Source of the DNA: an uncultured Sphingobacteriales bacterium
GTDB lineage: Bacteria > Bacteroidota > Bacteroidia > CAILMK01 > CAYYUA01
Length of the DNA: 64,000 nucleotides
NCBI GenBank assembly: GCA_964542585.1
Contig: CAZIUI010000002.1
Coordinates: forward strand, 12,117 to 76,116
Direction of reading: 5' to 3'
Below the pieces are notes generated by a model. The model made no database searches, was not told where the DNA came from, and saw only the letters and a list, made by a program, of their open reading frames with translations. Shown here in pieces: positions 1 through 10,417 of the stretch. Position numbers and translations under genes: made by a program. Every line of letters begins with the position of its first letter. The stretch's first letter is position 1.

Positions 1-1001
1 CCACTTTTACCGGTAAGTTGGGTCATTTCCTCAAAAATCAGAAAAATAGGAAGCCTTTATTGGTGGCTGGTGACGTTTACCGTCCAGCGGCTATTGATCA
101 GCTCCAAACCCTAGGTGAGCAGATCGATGCTGAAGTCTACACCGAAAATGGCCAGACAGATCCTGTAGCTATTGCTGATAACGCCATTCACTATGCTAAG
201 CAAAATGGGCATTCTGCAGTTGTGATAGACACGGCAGGGCGGCTATCCATTGATCAGGGCATGATGGATGAGATAGCCAGTATTAAGAAAAAGACCAACC
301 CCACTGAAACCCTGTTTGTCGTTGATGCCATGACCGGACAGGATGCGGTCAACACCGCCAAAGCCTTCAATGACCAGCTGGACTATGAGGGCGTTATCCT
401 CACTAAAATGGATGGCGACACACGTGGTGGCGCTGCTATCTCAGTAATGAAGGTTGTACAGAAGCCGATTAAGTTCGTGGGCACGGGGGAAAAACTAGAG
501 GATGTTGACATTTTTTACCCGGATCGGATGGCCAACCGCATTCTGGGGATGGGAGATATCGTTTCCCTTGTTGAGCGAGCACAGGAAAAAGTGGATCAAC
601 AGGAAGCCGAACGGTTGCAGAAAAAATTCAAGAAAAATGAATTTGATCTGGATGACTTCCTTTCTCAAATACAGCAGATAAAGAAAATGGGGAATGTAAA
701 GGACCTGGTTAAAATGATACCGGGAATGAACAAAATGGTAGGCGATGAGGAATTGGACGAGGATATGTTCAAGCATACCGAGGCCATTATTCGTGGGATG
801 AAGCCTGCTGAGCGCCAAAGGCCCGAGATCCTCGATGCTCAGCGAAAGAAACGTGTTGCAGCAGGGAGTGGCACAACCGTACAGGAAGTCAACCAACTAT
901 TAAAACAAATGCAAGAAATGCGGAAGATGATGAAGAATATGAATAAAGGCGGTAAGAAAGGAAAAATGCCTCAAATGCAAGACTTAATGGGAATGTCATA
1001 A
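1..1001 (+). CDS. ffh: Signal recognition particle protein Ffh, truncated at the 5' end by the window edge
   Basis: The reading frame is open from nt 3 (TFTGKLGHFLKNQ...). The G-domain motifs DVYRPAAIDQL and DTAGR are present, as is the M-domain with a Met-rich C-terminus (MQEMRKMMKNMNKGG). The ORF track starts at a TTG at 18, but the protein clearly continues upstream. Confidence 0.9.
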   Translation, partial: TFTGKLGHFLKNQKNRKPLLVAGDVYRPAAIDQLQTLGEQIDAEVYTENGQTDPVAIADNAIHYAKQNGHSAVVIDTAGRLSIDQGMMDEIASIKKKTNPTETLFVVDAMTGQDAVNTAKAFNDQLDYEGVILTKMDGDTRGGAAISVMKVVQKPIKFVGTGEKLEDVDIFYPDRMANRILGMGDIVSLVERAQEKVDQQEAERLQKKFKKNEFDLDDFLSQIQQIKKMGNVKDLVKMIPGMNKMVGDEELDEDMFKHTEAIIRGMKPAERQRPEILDAQRKKRVAAGSGTTVQEVNQLLKQMQEMRKMMKNMNKGGKKGKMPQMQDLMGMS

Positions 1002-1079
1002 ACAATGCCTTGACTCCTTGAACAGGAAAAGAAAAAAACTGACCTTTGCAGGGATTTCGTAAAGATTGAATGGTGAAAT

Positions 1080-1661
1080 ATGAGCGTTAAAATTAGACTT
1101 CAGAGGCGCGGAAGGAAGAAAAAGCCGCATTATAATATTGTAGTAGCTGATAGCGCTAAGCCAAGAGATGGTCGTTCCATCCAAAAACTTGGTTATTACA
1201 ACCCGAATAGTCAGCCCGCTACAATTGAACTTAATAACGATAATGCCCTTTATTGGCTACAGGTAGGTGCGCAACCTACGCCTACCGTTGATCGCATCTT
1301 GAGCTACCGGGGAGTTAAATACCGGAAACATCTCCTCAGAGGTGTAAAGAAAGGGTTACTTACAGAAGAAGAGGCTGATGAAAAGTATGCCAAATGGTTA
1401 GAGGATAAAGCGGCCGAAATTCAAAAGAAAGTAGAAGCCGTTCAACAAAAAAGCCAGGAAGAAGCGCAACAAAGACTTGAAGCGGAAGCTGCCATTAACC
1501 GTCAACGAGCTGAAGCTCTCAGAGCAAAAGAAACTGAAGAAGGTTCTGCTGATGAGGAAGCAGCTGCTCAGCCTTCTGAAAGTGAACAAGAAGCAACTGA
1601 GGAAGCCAGTGAAGAAACGGGAGAGGCTCCTAACGATGAAGCGTCCGATAAGCAAGAATAG
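1080..1661 (+). CDS. rpsP: 30S ribosomal protein S16 with a long acidic, Ala/Glu/Gln-rich C-terminal extension
   Basis: The N-terminus MSVKIRLQRRGRKKKPHYNIVVADSAKPRDGR is a canonical S16 start. The protein is 193 aa against roughly 80-90 aa for a minimal S16. Confidence 0.9.
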   Translation: MSVKIRLQRRGRKKKPHYNIVVADSAKPRDGRSIQKLGYYNPNSQPATIELNNDNALYWLQVGAQPTPTVDRILSYRGVKYRKHLLRGVKKGLLTEEEADEKYAKWLEDKAAEIQKKVEAVQQKSQEEAQQRLEAEAAINRQRAEALRAKETEEGSADEEAAAQPSESEQEATEEASEETGEAPNDEASDKQE

Positions 1662-1673
1662 CTTAATCACCTC

Positions 1674-2204
1674 TTGATCCTCCTAAGTCAGGATTTTGTG
1701 CCCTGTGGACATGTGCTAAAGCCCCATGGAAGACAGGGCGCTGTCAAATGCCTGTTTCGTCTTTTTTTCCAGCCAGATTTTGAAGCCCATACGTGGTGTT
1801 TCTTTTCCCTATGTAATAAACCTGTTCCCTTCTACATTGAAGCGATATCCTACTCGGATAGTGGAGGTTCGGTGATCAAATTAGCTGGAATAGACTCCCC
1901 AGAACAAGCTATAGCATACAAACAAACCCCTATCCTCTACGCTAAAGCTTCTCTTGAAAGCCGTGATCAAAAGGACCGGTCTCTAATAGGTTTAGAGGGT
2001 TTAGCGGTATATGACCAATCCCACCAATGGCAGGGTCTCATTACCAATACCACAGAACTAAGCGATCAACTCATACTCACTATCTCGCCTGGACGAGAGG
2101 CAAGACCCTTTGAAGCTCCCTGCCACCCAGACTTGGTCATAGGTATCGATAGGCAGCAAGCCTGGATTCAGCTGAACTTACCAGTTGGTATTGAAAACCT
2201 TTAA
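1674..2204 (+). CDS. rimM: Ribosome maturation factor RimM; the exact start is uncertain
   Basis: It contains GHVLKPHGRQGAVK, matching the RimM N-terminal GKIxKPHGLKGE motif, and a PRC-barrel-like C-terminus. It follows rpsP as in the conserved operon. Confidence 0.75.
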   Translation: MILLSQDFVPCGHVLKPHGRQGAVKCLFRLFFQPDFEAHTWCFFSLCNKPVPFYIEAISYSDSGGSVIKLAGIDSPEQAIAYKQTPILYAKASLESRDQKDRSLIGLEGLAVYDQSHQWQGLITNTTELSDQLILTISPGREARPFEAPCHPDLVIGIDRQQAWIQLNLPVGIENL

Positions 2205-2360
2205 AAACTTGATTTCCCTTTTTCAAGGATAACTTAAAATTGGTCGAGGATTCGAGACCACACAACATGGACAATACAGAAAGTAGATAAAGAAGATGCT
2301 TAAATAAAACTTTCTGTTAAATTTCCATATAATTGAAAGGGACAAATAGAGATAATGAAG

Positions 2361-2433
2361 TGGGCCCGGAGGGATTTGAACCCTCGACCAATAGATTATG
2401 AGTCTACTGCTCTGACCCCTGAGCTACGGGCCC
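2361..2433 (-). tRNA. tRNA-Met (anticodon CAT), possibly elongator Met or tRNA-Ile2; CCA is not encoded
   Basis: The reverse complement is GGGCCCGTAGCTCAGGGGTCAGAGCAGTAGACTCATAATCTATTGGTCGAGGGTTCAAATCCCTCCGGGCCCA. It folds as a cloverleaf with a GTTCAAATC T-loop, and the anticodon loop CTCATAA gives anticodon CAT. Confidence 0.9.
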
Positions 2434-2486
2434 GCTTAGAGTTAACTTTGCACGAAGGTAAAAAGATTGAATCAACTATTGAAGCC

Positions 2487-3125
2487 ATGTCCAATCCCTA
2501 CGATACCATCATTTTTGACCTTGGAGGTGTGGTTCTGAATATTGACTACAAGCTGACTTTACAGGCTTTTAATGATCTGGGATTCCCAAATTTTGACCAG
2601 CTTTACACGCAGTTTAAACAGAGTGATCTGTTTGTTAAGCTTGAAAAAGGGCTCATCCATCCTTCTGATTTCTTGAATACGCTTCAGTCCTATAGTAATC
2701 GGCAAGTTAATCATGAAGAGCTTACTGAGGCTTGGAACGCCATGCTTTTGGACCTTCCACCGGAGAACCTGGAAGCAATCAAAAAACTACAGGACCATTT
2801 CCATATTTACCTGCTTAGTAATACGAACGCCATCCACTATGAATGTTTTTTTGATAAAGTTCAAGCATTATTAAGGAGCCGTTCCCTCGAGCCTTATTTC
2901 CATGCAAGCTATTACTCGCACCTTGTAAGAGAACGTAAGCCAGATCAAGCGGTCTTTAAATTGCTCCAGGAGCAGCAGCAATTGTCCCCTATCCGAACCC
3001 TTTTTATTGACGACAGCCCCCAACATGTGGAGGCTGCAAGGGCACTTGGCTTCAGCGTTCACCAAAAAGACCAAGCGGAAAGGCTTACGGCCACCCTCAA
3101 ACAGCTTGGCTTAACGAAGGCATAG
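2487..3125 (+). CDS. HAD-superfamily hydrolase (haloacid dehalogenase-like phosphatase)
   Basis: HAD motif I is present as IIFDLGGVV, and the C-terminus has LFIDDSPQHVEAARALGF (motifs III/IV). The ORF-track start at 2355 reads through the antisense tRNA, so I moved the start to the ATG at 2487, directly ahead of the DxG motif. Confidence 0.7.
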   Translation: MSNPYDTIIFDLGGVVLNIDYKLTLQAFNDLGFPNFDQLYTQFKQSDLFVKLEKGLIHPSDFLNTLQSYSNRQVNHEELTEAWNAMLLDLPPENLEAIKKLQDHFHIYLLSNTNAIHYECFFDKVQALLRSRSLEPYFHASYYSHLVRERKPDQAVFKLLQEQQQLSPIRTLFIDDSPQHVEAARALGFSVHQKDQAERLTATLKQLGLTKA

Positions 3126-3126
3126 T

Positions 3127-3915
3127 TTACCAGCTTAGTTCTTCTTTATTCAAGAAAGCCTCAATTCCGCGTTGACAATCATCAAAGCCTCTAGCCTTGG
3201 CATTGTTTTCTGCTGCATAATTGATGGCATCTTTGACCGGCATACTTTGGATATCCGCGATCATTTGCCGCGTGAGGGCAATTGCTTCAGGAGAAGTCCC
3301 GTAAGCAATTTGGTCTGCTAGTTCTTTAACGGCTTGCTGTATATCATGGGCTTCATAAACGCCGTTCAATAATCCAGAAGTTTGCATTGCCGGTGCCTTT
3401 TCCAATTTACCGGTTAAGAGCAGCTCTCGAGCTTTGGCTTCCCCCACCTTTCGCAAGAGAAATACCATGACAATAGCAGGCACAAATCCAATCTTTACCT
3501 CCGTGTAACCAAACTTAGCTTCCGGTACGGCGTAAATAAAGTCACAAACGGTAACAAGCCCACAGCCTCCGGCAATGGCATGACCCTCCACCTGGGCTAT
3601 AACCGGTTTGTCATGAAAGTAAATAAGCTGAAACAACTCTTTTAGGTGATTTGAATCCTGTAGATTATCCGAATAGGAGTAAGTTTGAAGCTTTTGAAGG
3701 GCCTCTAGATCTGCACCTGCACTAAAAACTTTACCATTGGCACGTATAACGATTACCCGTGATTCTTTTTCCTTTTCTGCCAGACGAAATACCTCTTTGA
3801 GTTCACTTACCATTTCGCTGTTGAGGGCATTTCGCTTATCCGGGCGATTCAATGTGATATACCGGGTCCGATTTTCAAGATGGGTTTCAATGATATTATA
3901 GGATTGTTCATCCAT
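3127..3915 (-). CDS. Enoyl-CoA hydratase/isomerase (crotonase) family protein
   Basis: The crotonase signature appears as IRANGKVFSAGADLEAL and HAIAGGCGLV. Confidence 0.8.
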   Translation of the reverse strand: MDEQSYNIIETHLENRTRYITLNRPDKRNALNSEMVSELKEVFRLAEKEKESRVIVIRANGKVFSAGADLEALQKLQTYSYSDNLQDSNHLKELFQLIYFHDKPVIAQVEGHAIAGGCGLVTVCDFIYAVPEAKFGYTEVKIGFVPAIVMVFLLRKVGEAKARELLLTGKLEKAPAMQTSGLLNGVYEAHDIQQAVKELADQIAYGTSPEAIALTRQMIADIQSMPVKDAINYAAENNAKARGFDDCQRGIEAFLNKEELSW

Positions 3916-3944
3916 GGAGATGGCAATTTTTTGTTTTCAGCGAT

Positions 3945-6083
3945 TTACAAATTTTTTACCAAGGCACCTGCTTCTTGAAGGTTGTAACAGTTAAATGATG
4001 CGCGATGCTCGGCTTTTTCCCATTTATCAATAGTCCAAGGCGCTAACTCATACCCTAATACCACGAGTTCTGGTCTCAAATACTTTTTGACATGTTGAGG
4101 CTCTAAAGCCTTATCATCCGTGAGGAGCAAATGGTCTATATCAAGTTTGCAAGTGCTGGTATCTGGCCAATATAAGGGTTCAGAAGCCAGTAAAATGCGC
4201 TTATCCCTTATAGTGGCTAAATAAGTTTGATCAAGAGTATCGTAAAAGTTTTTGGGGTTTTTTGAGGACTTATCAGGGATTGGTTTTTTCTGAATATCAC
4301 TTTTTTTTAGCCCATTACTCCAAAGGAAACGGTAGGTAAAGAACTTAACCTGATTTTCTTTCTTAAGTACACTTGGCGGACCTTTTAGGATTGCTTTACT
4401 GGCCCCAAGATTGGCTAAAACCGTGGCATTATCAATTTTAAGGTAAGCAAGTTTTTGCAGGTTCCGCTGCTGCCATTGCTGGTAATTAATCAATCCCAAA
4501 ACTGCTATTGCAGCGATCATACCTGTAAAAAGCATTGTTTTGTAACGAAATATCAACCCTATACTAAAACCTATGATCATTAAGTAGATTAGGTAAAAAG
4601 TAGGTGTACTAATGTAAAGCTGATCAATTAGGGAATAAGGCAAAGCCTCTACCTGCCCTATTAGGAAATTTAAGTGTCTCAGCAACTCATCCAACAAGGT
4701 ACCTGCAAGGTAACCCACATTATCCAAACCGCACGTTTTTAGTAAAAAGAAAATAAAACCTGTGGGCACTATCAGCATTGCAGCAGGGATCACCACGAGG
4801 TTGGAAATCATGAAATAAGTCGGGAATTGGTTAAAGTAAAACAACGTCAATGGAAAGGTAGAAAGCTGAGCGGCTATGGATACCGCAGTTATGGCCCAGA
4901 TTTTATCTACCAGCCAATATCGGCTTTTCGGAAAAAGGTTATACAAGCGTGGTTGTAAAAATACGATTCCCAAAACAGCCGCATAGGATAATTGAAAACC
5001 AACCTGCGTTAATAAATAAGGGTTTATTAAAAGCAGCAGGAAAAGGGATGCGGTAATAGAGCCGTAAATATTGGTGACCCGTTGCAGATTACTGCCAATG
5101 GCAACAAATGAGAACATTGTACAGGCCCTTATAACCGAAGAAGGCAAGCCCGTAACACAGGCATAGATCCAAAGTAATAGAACAATTACGCCAAGCTTTA
5201 TAAATCGGCCTCGGGGAAGAGCGTTCAGAAAGCTTAAGCCATAGCTTAGCATCAAGTAAATGATTCCCACATGTAACCCTGATACAGCTAGGACATGCAT
5301 GGCTCCTGTACTGGCGTAAGAAGATCGAAGGTCAGGATCGATCTCAGCTTTATAGCCTGCTAATAAAGCCGCAGCCACAGCATAGGCATCCTGGTTGTTG
5401 ACAGCTTTTGAAAGCCAGGTCAGGCACTGATGGCGAATATCGTAGATGATCTTAAAAGCAGCATTACCTTCATTGATCCCAGTGTTTGTCCACTTGGATG
5501 AGTCAAGGAAAGTCTGCTGATAGATCTGTTGATTACTTAAAAATGCTTTCCGATTAAATTGCTCAGGATTATCGGGTGGTTCTAAGGGCTCAAAGTTGTT
5601 TTCGGTGAGGATAACGTCACCATAATCAAGTTTTTCGGCAGCATCATCCTTGTCAATATAAGCAAGGAGTTTACCGTGGGTATCCAACCAATTACCATCC
5701 CGCCAAATTCCGATCACTTCAGTTTTTAGTTTGACGGATTGATCAGCAGGTTTAGGTCGCTGAAGGAGTTTTAGTAAAACTTTATCCTCTTGAGATGCTT
5801 TATTCCCAAAGTGCATAGGTTCATGCTGATCGTCAACCTGATGCACCCGTAAGAAGCCAAGCATAGCAAAACCCGCTATCAGAACAGCACCAGCAAGCCA
5901 TGCCCAACGATAACGTTGATTAGCAAATTGGTTAGTAAGCCCTAAAATGGCTAACCAAACCAGACCTGCCAGCCCCACAGACCACATTTCTAAGTAAGGT
6001 GTGAATAAGGCCACTATTACTCCTCCTAAATATGGTAAAAGTCCTCTTAATAAGGGTATGGATTGAATTACCGAATGAGCCAT
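3945..6083 (-). CDS. comEC: ComEC/Rec2-family competence membrane protein (DUF4131 plus a ComEC polytopic domain, with no metallo-beta-lactamase domain)
   Basis: The 712-aa product has many predicted TM helices in its first 500 residues and ComEC-like core motifs (HVLAVSGLHVG). The C-terminal ~200 aa is soluble. Confidence 0.65.
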   Translation of the reverse strand: MAHSVIQSIPLLRGLLPYLGGVIVALFTPYLEMWSVGLAGLVWLAILGLTNQFANQRYRWAWLAGAVLIAGFAMLGFLRVHQVDDQHEPMHFGNKASQEDKVLLKLLQRPKPADQSVKLKTEVIGIWRDGNWLDTHGKLLAYIDKDDAAEKLDYGDVILTENNFEPLEPPDNPEQFNRKAFLSNQQIYQQTFLDSSKWTNTGINEGNAAFKIIYDIRHQCLTWLSKAVNNQDAYAVAAALLAGYKAEIDPDLRSSYASTGAMHVLAVSGLHVGIIYLMLSYGLSFLNALPRGRFIKLGVIVLLLWIYACVTGLPSSVIRACTMFSFVAIGSNLQRVTNIYGSITASLFLLLLINPYLLTQVGFQLSYAAVLGIVFLQPRLYNLFPKSRYWLVDKIWAITAVSIAAQLSTFPLTLFYFNQFPTYFMISNLVVIPAAMLIVPTGFIFFLLKTCGLDNVGYLAGTLLDELLRHLNFLIGQVEALPYSLIDQLYISTPTFYLIYLMIIGFSIGLIFRYKTMLFTGMIAAIAVLGLINYQQWQQRNLQKLAYLKIDNATVLANLGASKAILKGPPSVLKKENQVKFFTYRFLWSNGLKKSDIQKKPIPDKSSKNPKNFYDTLDQTYLATIRDKRILLASEPLYWPDTSTCKLDIDHLLLTDDKALEPQHVKKYLRPELVVLGYELAPWTIDKWEKAEHRASFNCYNLQEAGALVKNL

Positions 6084-6184
6084 ATCCAGTTTTTAACCCA
6101 ATTAATACCATTAGCGAATCGCAACTCCAGTTAAGGAGTTCAAAGTATAAATTTAAAATATAAATGGTAAGGGTAAAAAAATGC

Positions 6185-6694
6185 TTATGCAGGGAGGCCT
6201 TGATCAGCGGATGCTATACTTTCTACAAAAGTCTTAAGGGTTAGAAAAAGGAGATCCCTGTTTTCTTCGCTCACCAGCGGCTCTTCCTCTTCGATATCTT
6301 CCTCAACAATAGCCTGTACAATATATTCCAACAAGGGTTCTTGGGTATGATCAGCAATTAATGAACGGGCTAATTGGGTAAAACCATGTTCCTTATTATG
6401 CTCTAGTTCATCGATCAAAGCTGCATTCTCATGTTTCTTCTGATGAATTTTTTGGTCAGGAATGAAGGGTAATGTTTGGTACTTTTTGAAAGCATTCCAA
6501 ACATTCAGTCCAAGGAACAGTAATACTTCCTGATCTTCAGCACTTAGCTCTTGTTCGCCAACGGTTAGCAAATAACTCATGAGGTCAGGCTGTTCTTCAC
6601 TCATTTGGTAAACCATGTTCCGGAGTTCTCCCTCTCCGAGATTGTGAAGTTCTTCGATTGACTCATCAATTAGCTCATGCTTAACTGTTTCCAT
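6185..6694 (-). CDS. Hypothetical acidic protein
   Basis: The 169-aa ORF is strongly acidic (runs such as EEDIEEEEPLVSEE), with no recognisable motif or TM segment. Confidence 0.4.
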   Translation of the reverse strand: METVKHELIDESIEELHNLGEGELRNMVYQMSEEQPDLMSYLLTVGEQELSAEDQEVLLFLGLNVWNAFKKYQTLPFIPDQKIHQKKHENAALIDELEHNKEHGFTQLARSLIADHTQEPLLEYIVQAIVEEDIEEEEPLVSEENRDLLFLTLKTFVESIASADQGLPA

Positions 6695-6765
6695 AACCCG
6701 TGATTTAACTGTACAACTAAAATAAGAATTTATAGTTAAAATGGGTTTTCATTATTTAAAAAAGT

Positions 6766-8535
6766 TTACAAAGAACCTTTATGATTTAATTTAAGCCCTA
6801 GCTCGTCAAGCTGCATTTGCGAAATTGCCGATGGCGCATCGATCATTATATCCCTTCCTGCACTGGTTTTAGGAAAGGCAATCACTTGACGGATACTTTC
6901 ATACCCGGCTAAAAGCGCGCAGAGGCGGTCAAAACCAAAAGCAATACCGCCATGTGGAGGTGCCCCTTGATCAAGGGCATCCAACAAAAAGCCAAATTTT
7001 TCCCTGGCCTCTTCCTGTTCAATCCCCAGAATATCAAAGTAGGCCTCCTGCATCTGCCGATTGTGGTTACGAATGGAGCCTGAACCGCATTCGTGCCCAT
7101 TTAATACAAAATCATAAGAAGAGGCCTTAGCAGAGGTTGGGTCGTTTCTTAATTGATCAAGGTCATCCTCAAGGGGAGCCGTAAATGGATGATGGGCAAA
7201 AGAATACCGCTCCTCTTCTTCATCCCATTCCATCAGTGGAAAGTCAATAACCCACAAAGGTTTAAAAACGTGGGGATCACGAAGTTCCAGGTCATCTCCT
7301 AACTTCAATCTAAGGTCGCTAAGCGCTTCTTGGGTTTTTTGGGTAGGTCCGGCAAGTATAAGGAGTAAATCACCAGGTTTGGCCTCAAATCGCTGAGCCC
7401 ATTTTTCAAGGGCATCCTGACCAAAAAATTTATCAACAGAAGACTTAAAGCTGCCATCTTCCTGGCATTTTACCCAAACAAGGCCTTTCATGCCTCTTTT
7501 TAGATCTTTAACAAAAGCTTCAATGGCATCAATCTGCTTGCGCGTGTAAGAAGCGCAACCTTCGGCATTTAAACCTACTACGGTGCCCCCATTGGCTAGC
7601 GCATTGGTAAATACTTGAAAATCGGAATCAGCCACGAGGTCGTCAAGGTAGCAGAAACTCATGCCAAAGCGAAGATCCGGTTTATCACTCCCGTAGTAAT
7701 AAACGGCATCATCATATTTGATGACCGGTATGGTTCCGAGCTCCAGGCCTTTTAGCTCCCTAAAGATATGACGAATGAAGTGGCTAAACCTGTTAACAAC
7801 ATCATCCCGCTCAACAAAAGAGAGCTCACAATCTATCTGGGTAAACTCAGGTTGGCGGTCAGCTCTGAAGTCTTCATCCCGGAAGCAGCGTACGATTTGA
7901 AAATATTGATCAAACCCAGCCATCATAATCAACTGCTTAAAGGTTTGGGGGGATTGCGGTAATGCGTAAAACTCAGCATTATGAAGCCTTGAGGGTACGA
8001 CAAAGTCCCGCGCTCCTTCGGGTGTGGATTTGATAAGGTATGGTGTTTCTACTTCCAGGAAACCTTTGCTGGACAAGTAATTCCGCACAATTTGCAGGAG
8101 TTGATGGCGCAGCAAAAATTTCTGCTGTTCTGCTGAGCGGCGCAGATCCAGGTAGCGGTACTGCATACGAACCGCCTCACCACCATCAGTTTCATTTTCA
8201 ATCGTAAAAGGTGGAACTTCGGATGCATTGAGAACTTCAAGCTTAGAGACAAGGATCTCTATATCACCTGTTGGTCTTTCCGGATTCTTATTACTACGTT
8301 CAGCTACCTTACCAATAGCTTTTACCACATACTCCCGCCCAAGATTTTGGGCTTGTTGCCGGAGTTGGCTATCTGTTTCATTATCAAAAACCAATTGGGT
8401 AATGCCGTAACGGTCGCGGAGATCAACAAAAGTTAGGCTTCCCAAATCTCTTGCGGCTTGCACCCAGCCACTAAGGGTTACCTCTTGGCCCTGGTTTACA
8501 AGACGGAGTTCTCCACAGGTATGAGTTCTGTGCAT
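6766..8535 (-). CDS. aspS: Aspartate--tRNA ligase
   Basis: The N-terminus MHRTHTCGELR...TLSGWV...RDLGSLTFVDLRDRYG is the AspRS anticodon-binding OB fold. Class II motifs FRDE and GGIAFGFDR are present. Confidence 0.92.
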   Translation of the reverse strand: MHRTHTCGELRLVNQGQEVTLSGWVQAARDLGSLTFVDLRDRYGITQLVFDNETDSQLRQQAQNLGREYVVKAIGKVAERSNKNPERPTGDIEILVSKLEVLNASEVPPFTIENETDGGEAVRMQYRYLDLRRSAEQQKFLLRHQLLQIVRNYLSSKGFLEVETPYLIKSTPEGARDFVVPSRLHNAEFYALPQSPQTFKQLIMMAGFDQYFQIVRCFRDEDFRADRQPEFTQIDCELSFVERDDVVNRFSHFIRHIFRELKGLELGTIPVIKYDDAVYYYGSDKPDLRFGMSFCYLDDLVADSDFQVFTNALANGGTVVGLNAEGCASYTRKQIDAIEAFVKDLKRGMKGLVWVKCQEDGSFKSSVDKFFGQDALEKWAQRFEAKPGDLLLILAGPTQKTQEALSDLRLKLGDDLELRDPHVFKPLWVIDFPLMEWDEEEERYSFAHHPFTAPLEDDLDQLRNDPTSAKASSYDFVLNGHECGSGSIRNHNRQMQEAYFDILGIEQEEAREKFGFLLDALDQGAPPHGGIAFGFDRLCALLAGYESIRQVIAFPKTSAGRDIMIDAPSAISQMQLDELGLKLNHKGSL

Positions 8536-8729
8536 AGCTAGTTAATTAATTAATAGGACAAAAGTAGGAGTTTGGGTTTACTTAAAAGCCCCGTTTCTTA
8601 GAAAACCAGATGTGATAAAAGTGAATCATCAAATGAACAAATATGAGATGTACAGGTATTATTAGTATTGACCCGAAAGCTAAAAACCTTTACCTTTAAA
8701 CCTTAATAAGAAATACAAAACAGCACCCT

Positions 8730-9941
8730 ATGTACGGAAAGCTAAAGGATCGCTTACAGCAGGAATTACAAGAAACCAAAGATGCAGGCCTTTACAAAAA
8801 GGAAAGGGTTATTACCAGTCCGCAGGGAACTGAAGTCACCCTTCAGGATGGCACCCAGTTATTGAACTTTTGTGCCAATAACTACCTGGGATTGGCCAAT
8901 GATGAGCGGCTTCAGGAGGCAGCAAAGGAAGCCATTGACATCCGTGGTTATGGACTTGCTTCCGTCCGGTTTATCTGTGGTACACAGGATCTGCACAAAC
9001 AACTGGAAGATACCATTGCCGACTACCTGGGCATGGATGCAGCCATTTTATATGCAGCCGCTTTTGATGCCAATGGGGGAATTTTTGAGCCGCTATTCGG
9101 CCCGGATGATGCCATTATTTCAGATGCCTTAAACCACGCCTCTGTCATAGACGGGATCCGCCTTTGTAAAGCTCAGCGTTACAGGTACCAGCACAGCGAT
9201 ATGGCAGACCTGGAAGCTAAACTCAAGGATGCCCAGAACGCTCGGCACAGGGTAATTGCGACCGATGGCGTATTTTCCATGGATGGCGATATTGCCAAGC
9301 TTGATGAGATCTGTGACCTGGCTGATAAATACGATGCCCTGGTTATGACCGATGAGTGCCACGCCACAGGCTTTATTGGTAAGCATGGCCGTGGTGTTCA
9401 CGAATACAAGGGTGTCATGGACCGGGTGGATATCATAACCGGCACACTCGGTAAAGCCTTAGGTGGCGCGATGGGCGGTTTCACAGCAGCACGCCAGGAA
9501 ATTGTAGATACGTTAAGACAGCGTTCAAGGCCCTACTTGTTTTCCAATAGCTTAACCCCATCAATTGTTGGTGCTTCTATTAAGACTTTTGAGATCCTGA
9601 ATGAATCAACGGAATTGCGGGATCGTCTGGAAAGCAACACCCAATATTTCCGGGATAAAGTACAGGAAGCGGGTTTTGATATTAAACCCGGTGAAACGCC
9701 CATTATCCCGATCATGCTTTACGATGCACCACTTGCGCAGCAAATGGCCGCCAAGTTATACGAGCAAGGCATTTATGTTACGGGTTTTTACTATCCCGTT
9801 GTACCCAAAGGAGAAGCAAGGATCCGCGTTCAGATATCCGCTGCGCACTCGCAAGAGCAGCTTGATAAAGCGATCAATGCTTTCAAGGCTATTGGCCAGG
9901 AATTGAATGTGATAAGTTCAGAAGAACAAGTCAACTCCTAG
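8730..9941 (+). CDS. kbl: Glycine C-acetyltransferase (2-amino-3-ketobutyrate CoA ligase)
   Basis: [12 protein letters not shown] and [15 protein letters not shown] are near-identical to E. coli Kbl. The product is 403 aa and carries a PLP-lysine region. Confidence 0.85.
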   Translation: MYGKLKDRLQQELQETKDAGLYKKERVITSPQGTEVTLQDGTQLLNFCANNYLGLANDERLQEAAKEAIDIRGYGLASVRFICGTQDLHKQLEDTIADYLGMDAAILYAAAFDANGGIFEPLFGPDDAIISDALNHASVIDGIRLCKAQRYRYQHSDMADLEAKLKDAQNARHRVIATDGVFSMDGDIAKLDEICDLADKYDALVMTDECHATGFIGKHGRGVHEYKGVMDRVDIITGTLGKALGGAMGGFTAARQEIVDTLRQRSRPYLFSNSLTPSIVGASIKTFEILNESTELRDRLESNTQYFRDKVQEAGFDIKPGETPIIPIMLYDAPLAQQMAAKLYEQGIYVTGFYYPVVPKGEARIRVQISAAHSQEQLDKAINAFKAIGQELNVISSEEQVNS

Positions 9942-9971
9942 TAACTAATAAATGGTTACCTAGCCAGAAGG

Positions 9972-10008
9972 AGGCCAGGCCTCATCAATTAGGGCCTGGC
10001 TTTAAGAT
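9972..10008 (+). terminator. Putative intrinsic terminator after kbl
   Basis: The stem GCCAGGCC...GGCCTGGC is 8 bp and GC-rich, with loop tcatcaatta and then TTTAAG. Confidence 0.4.
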
Positions 10009-10045
10009 TAATATTAACCCCTTATTTTTAGTAAGCATAGGTACT

Positions 10046-10348
10046 ATGATACTCTACAATGTCACCATCAACATAGAGCCGGATGTACATGATGATTGGG
10101 TAAGCTGGATGAAGGAAAAGCACATACCGGATGTCATGAATACAGGGCTTTTCCAGGGCTATTACATGTTCCGGATTATCTCTAATCCGCAGGAAGAAGG
10201 CCTCACTTACTGTATTCAATATTTCATGGCCTCCGTAAGGGATTATGAAAAGTACCAGGAAAAATATGCACCTGCTCTACAGCAGGAACACGAAGAGCGC
10301 TACAGGGATAAATTCGTGGCAGCCCGAACCATAATGCAACAGGTCTGA
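10046..10348 (+). CDS. DUF4286-like small protein
   Basis: The 100-aa ORF begins MILYNVTINIEPDVHDDWVSWMKEKHIPDVM, which is typical of the DUF4286 family. Confidence 0.5.
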   Translation: MILYNVTINIEPDVHDDWVSWMKEKHIPDVMNTGLFQGYYMFRIISNPQEEGLTYCIQYFMASVRDYEKYQEKYAPALQQEHEERYRDKFVAARTIMQQV

Positions 10349-10417
10349 AGCCTAAAACGAGGTATATCCTTGGCATTATAATTTCAAAGAAGAGGTTAAA
10401 GTTAAGAATACTGCATT

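Noticed and set aside
2355-2486. The ORF-track N-terminal extension of the HAD hydrolase reads KWARRDLNPRPIDYESTALTPELRA.
   Set aside because: This is the antisense translation of tRNA-Met (2361-2433), a classic over-extended ORF. The real start is the ATG at 2487, just before the DxG HAD motif.
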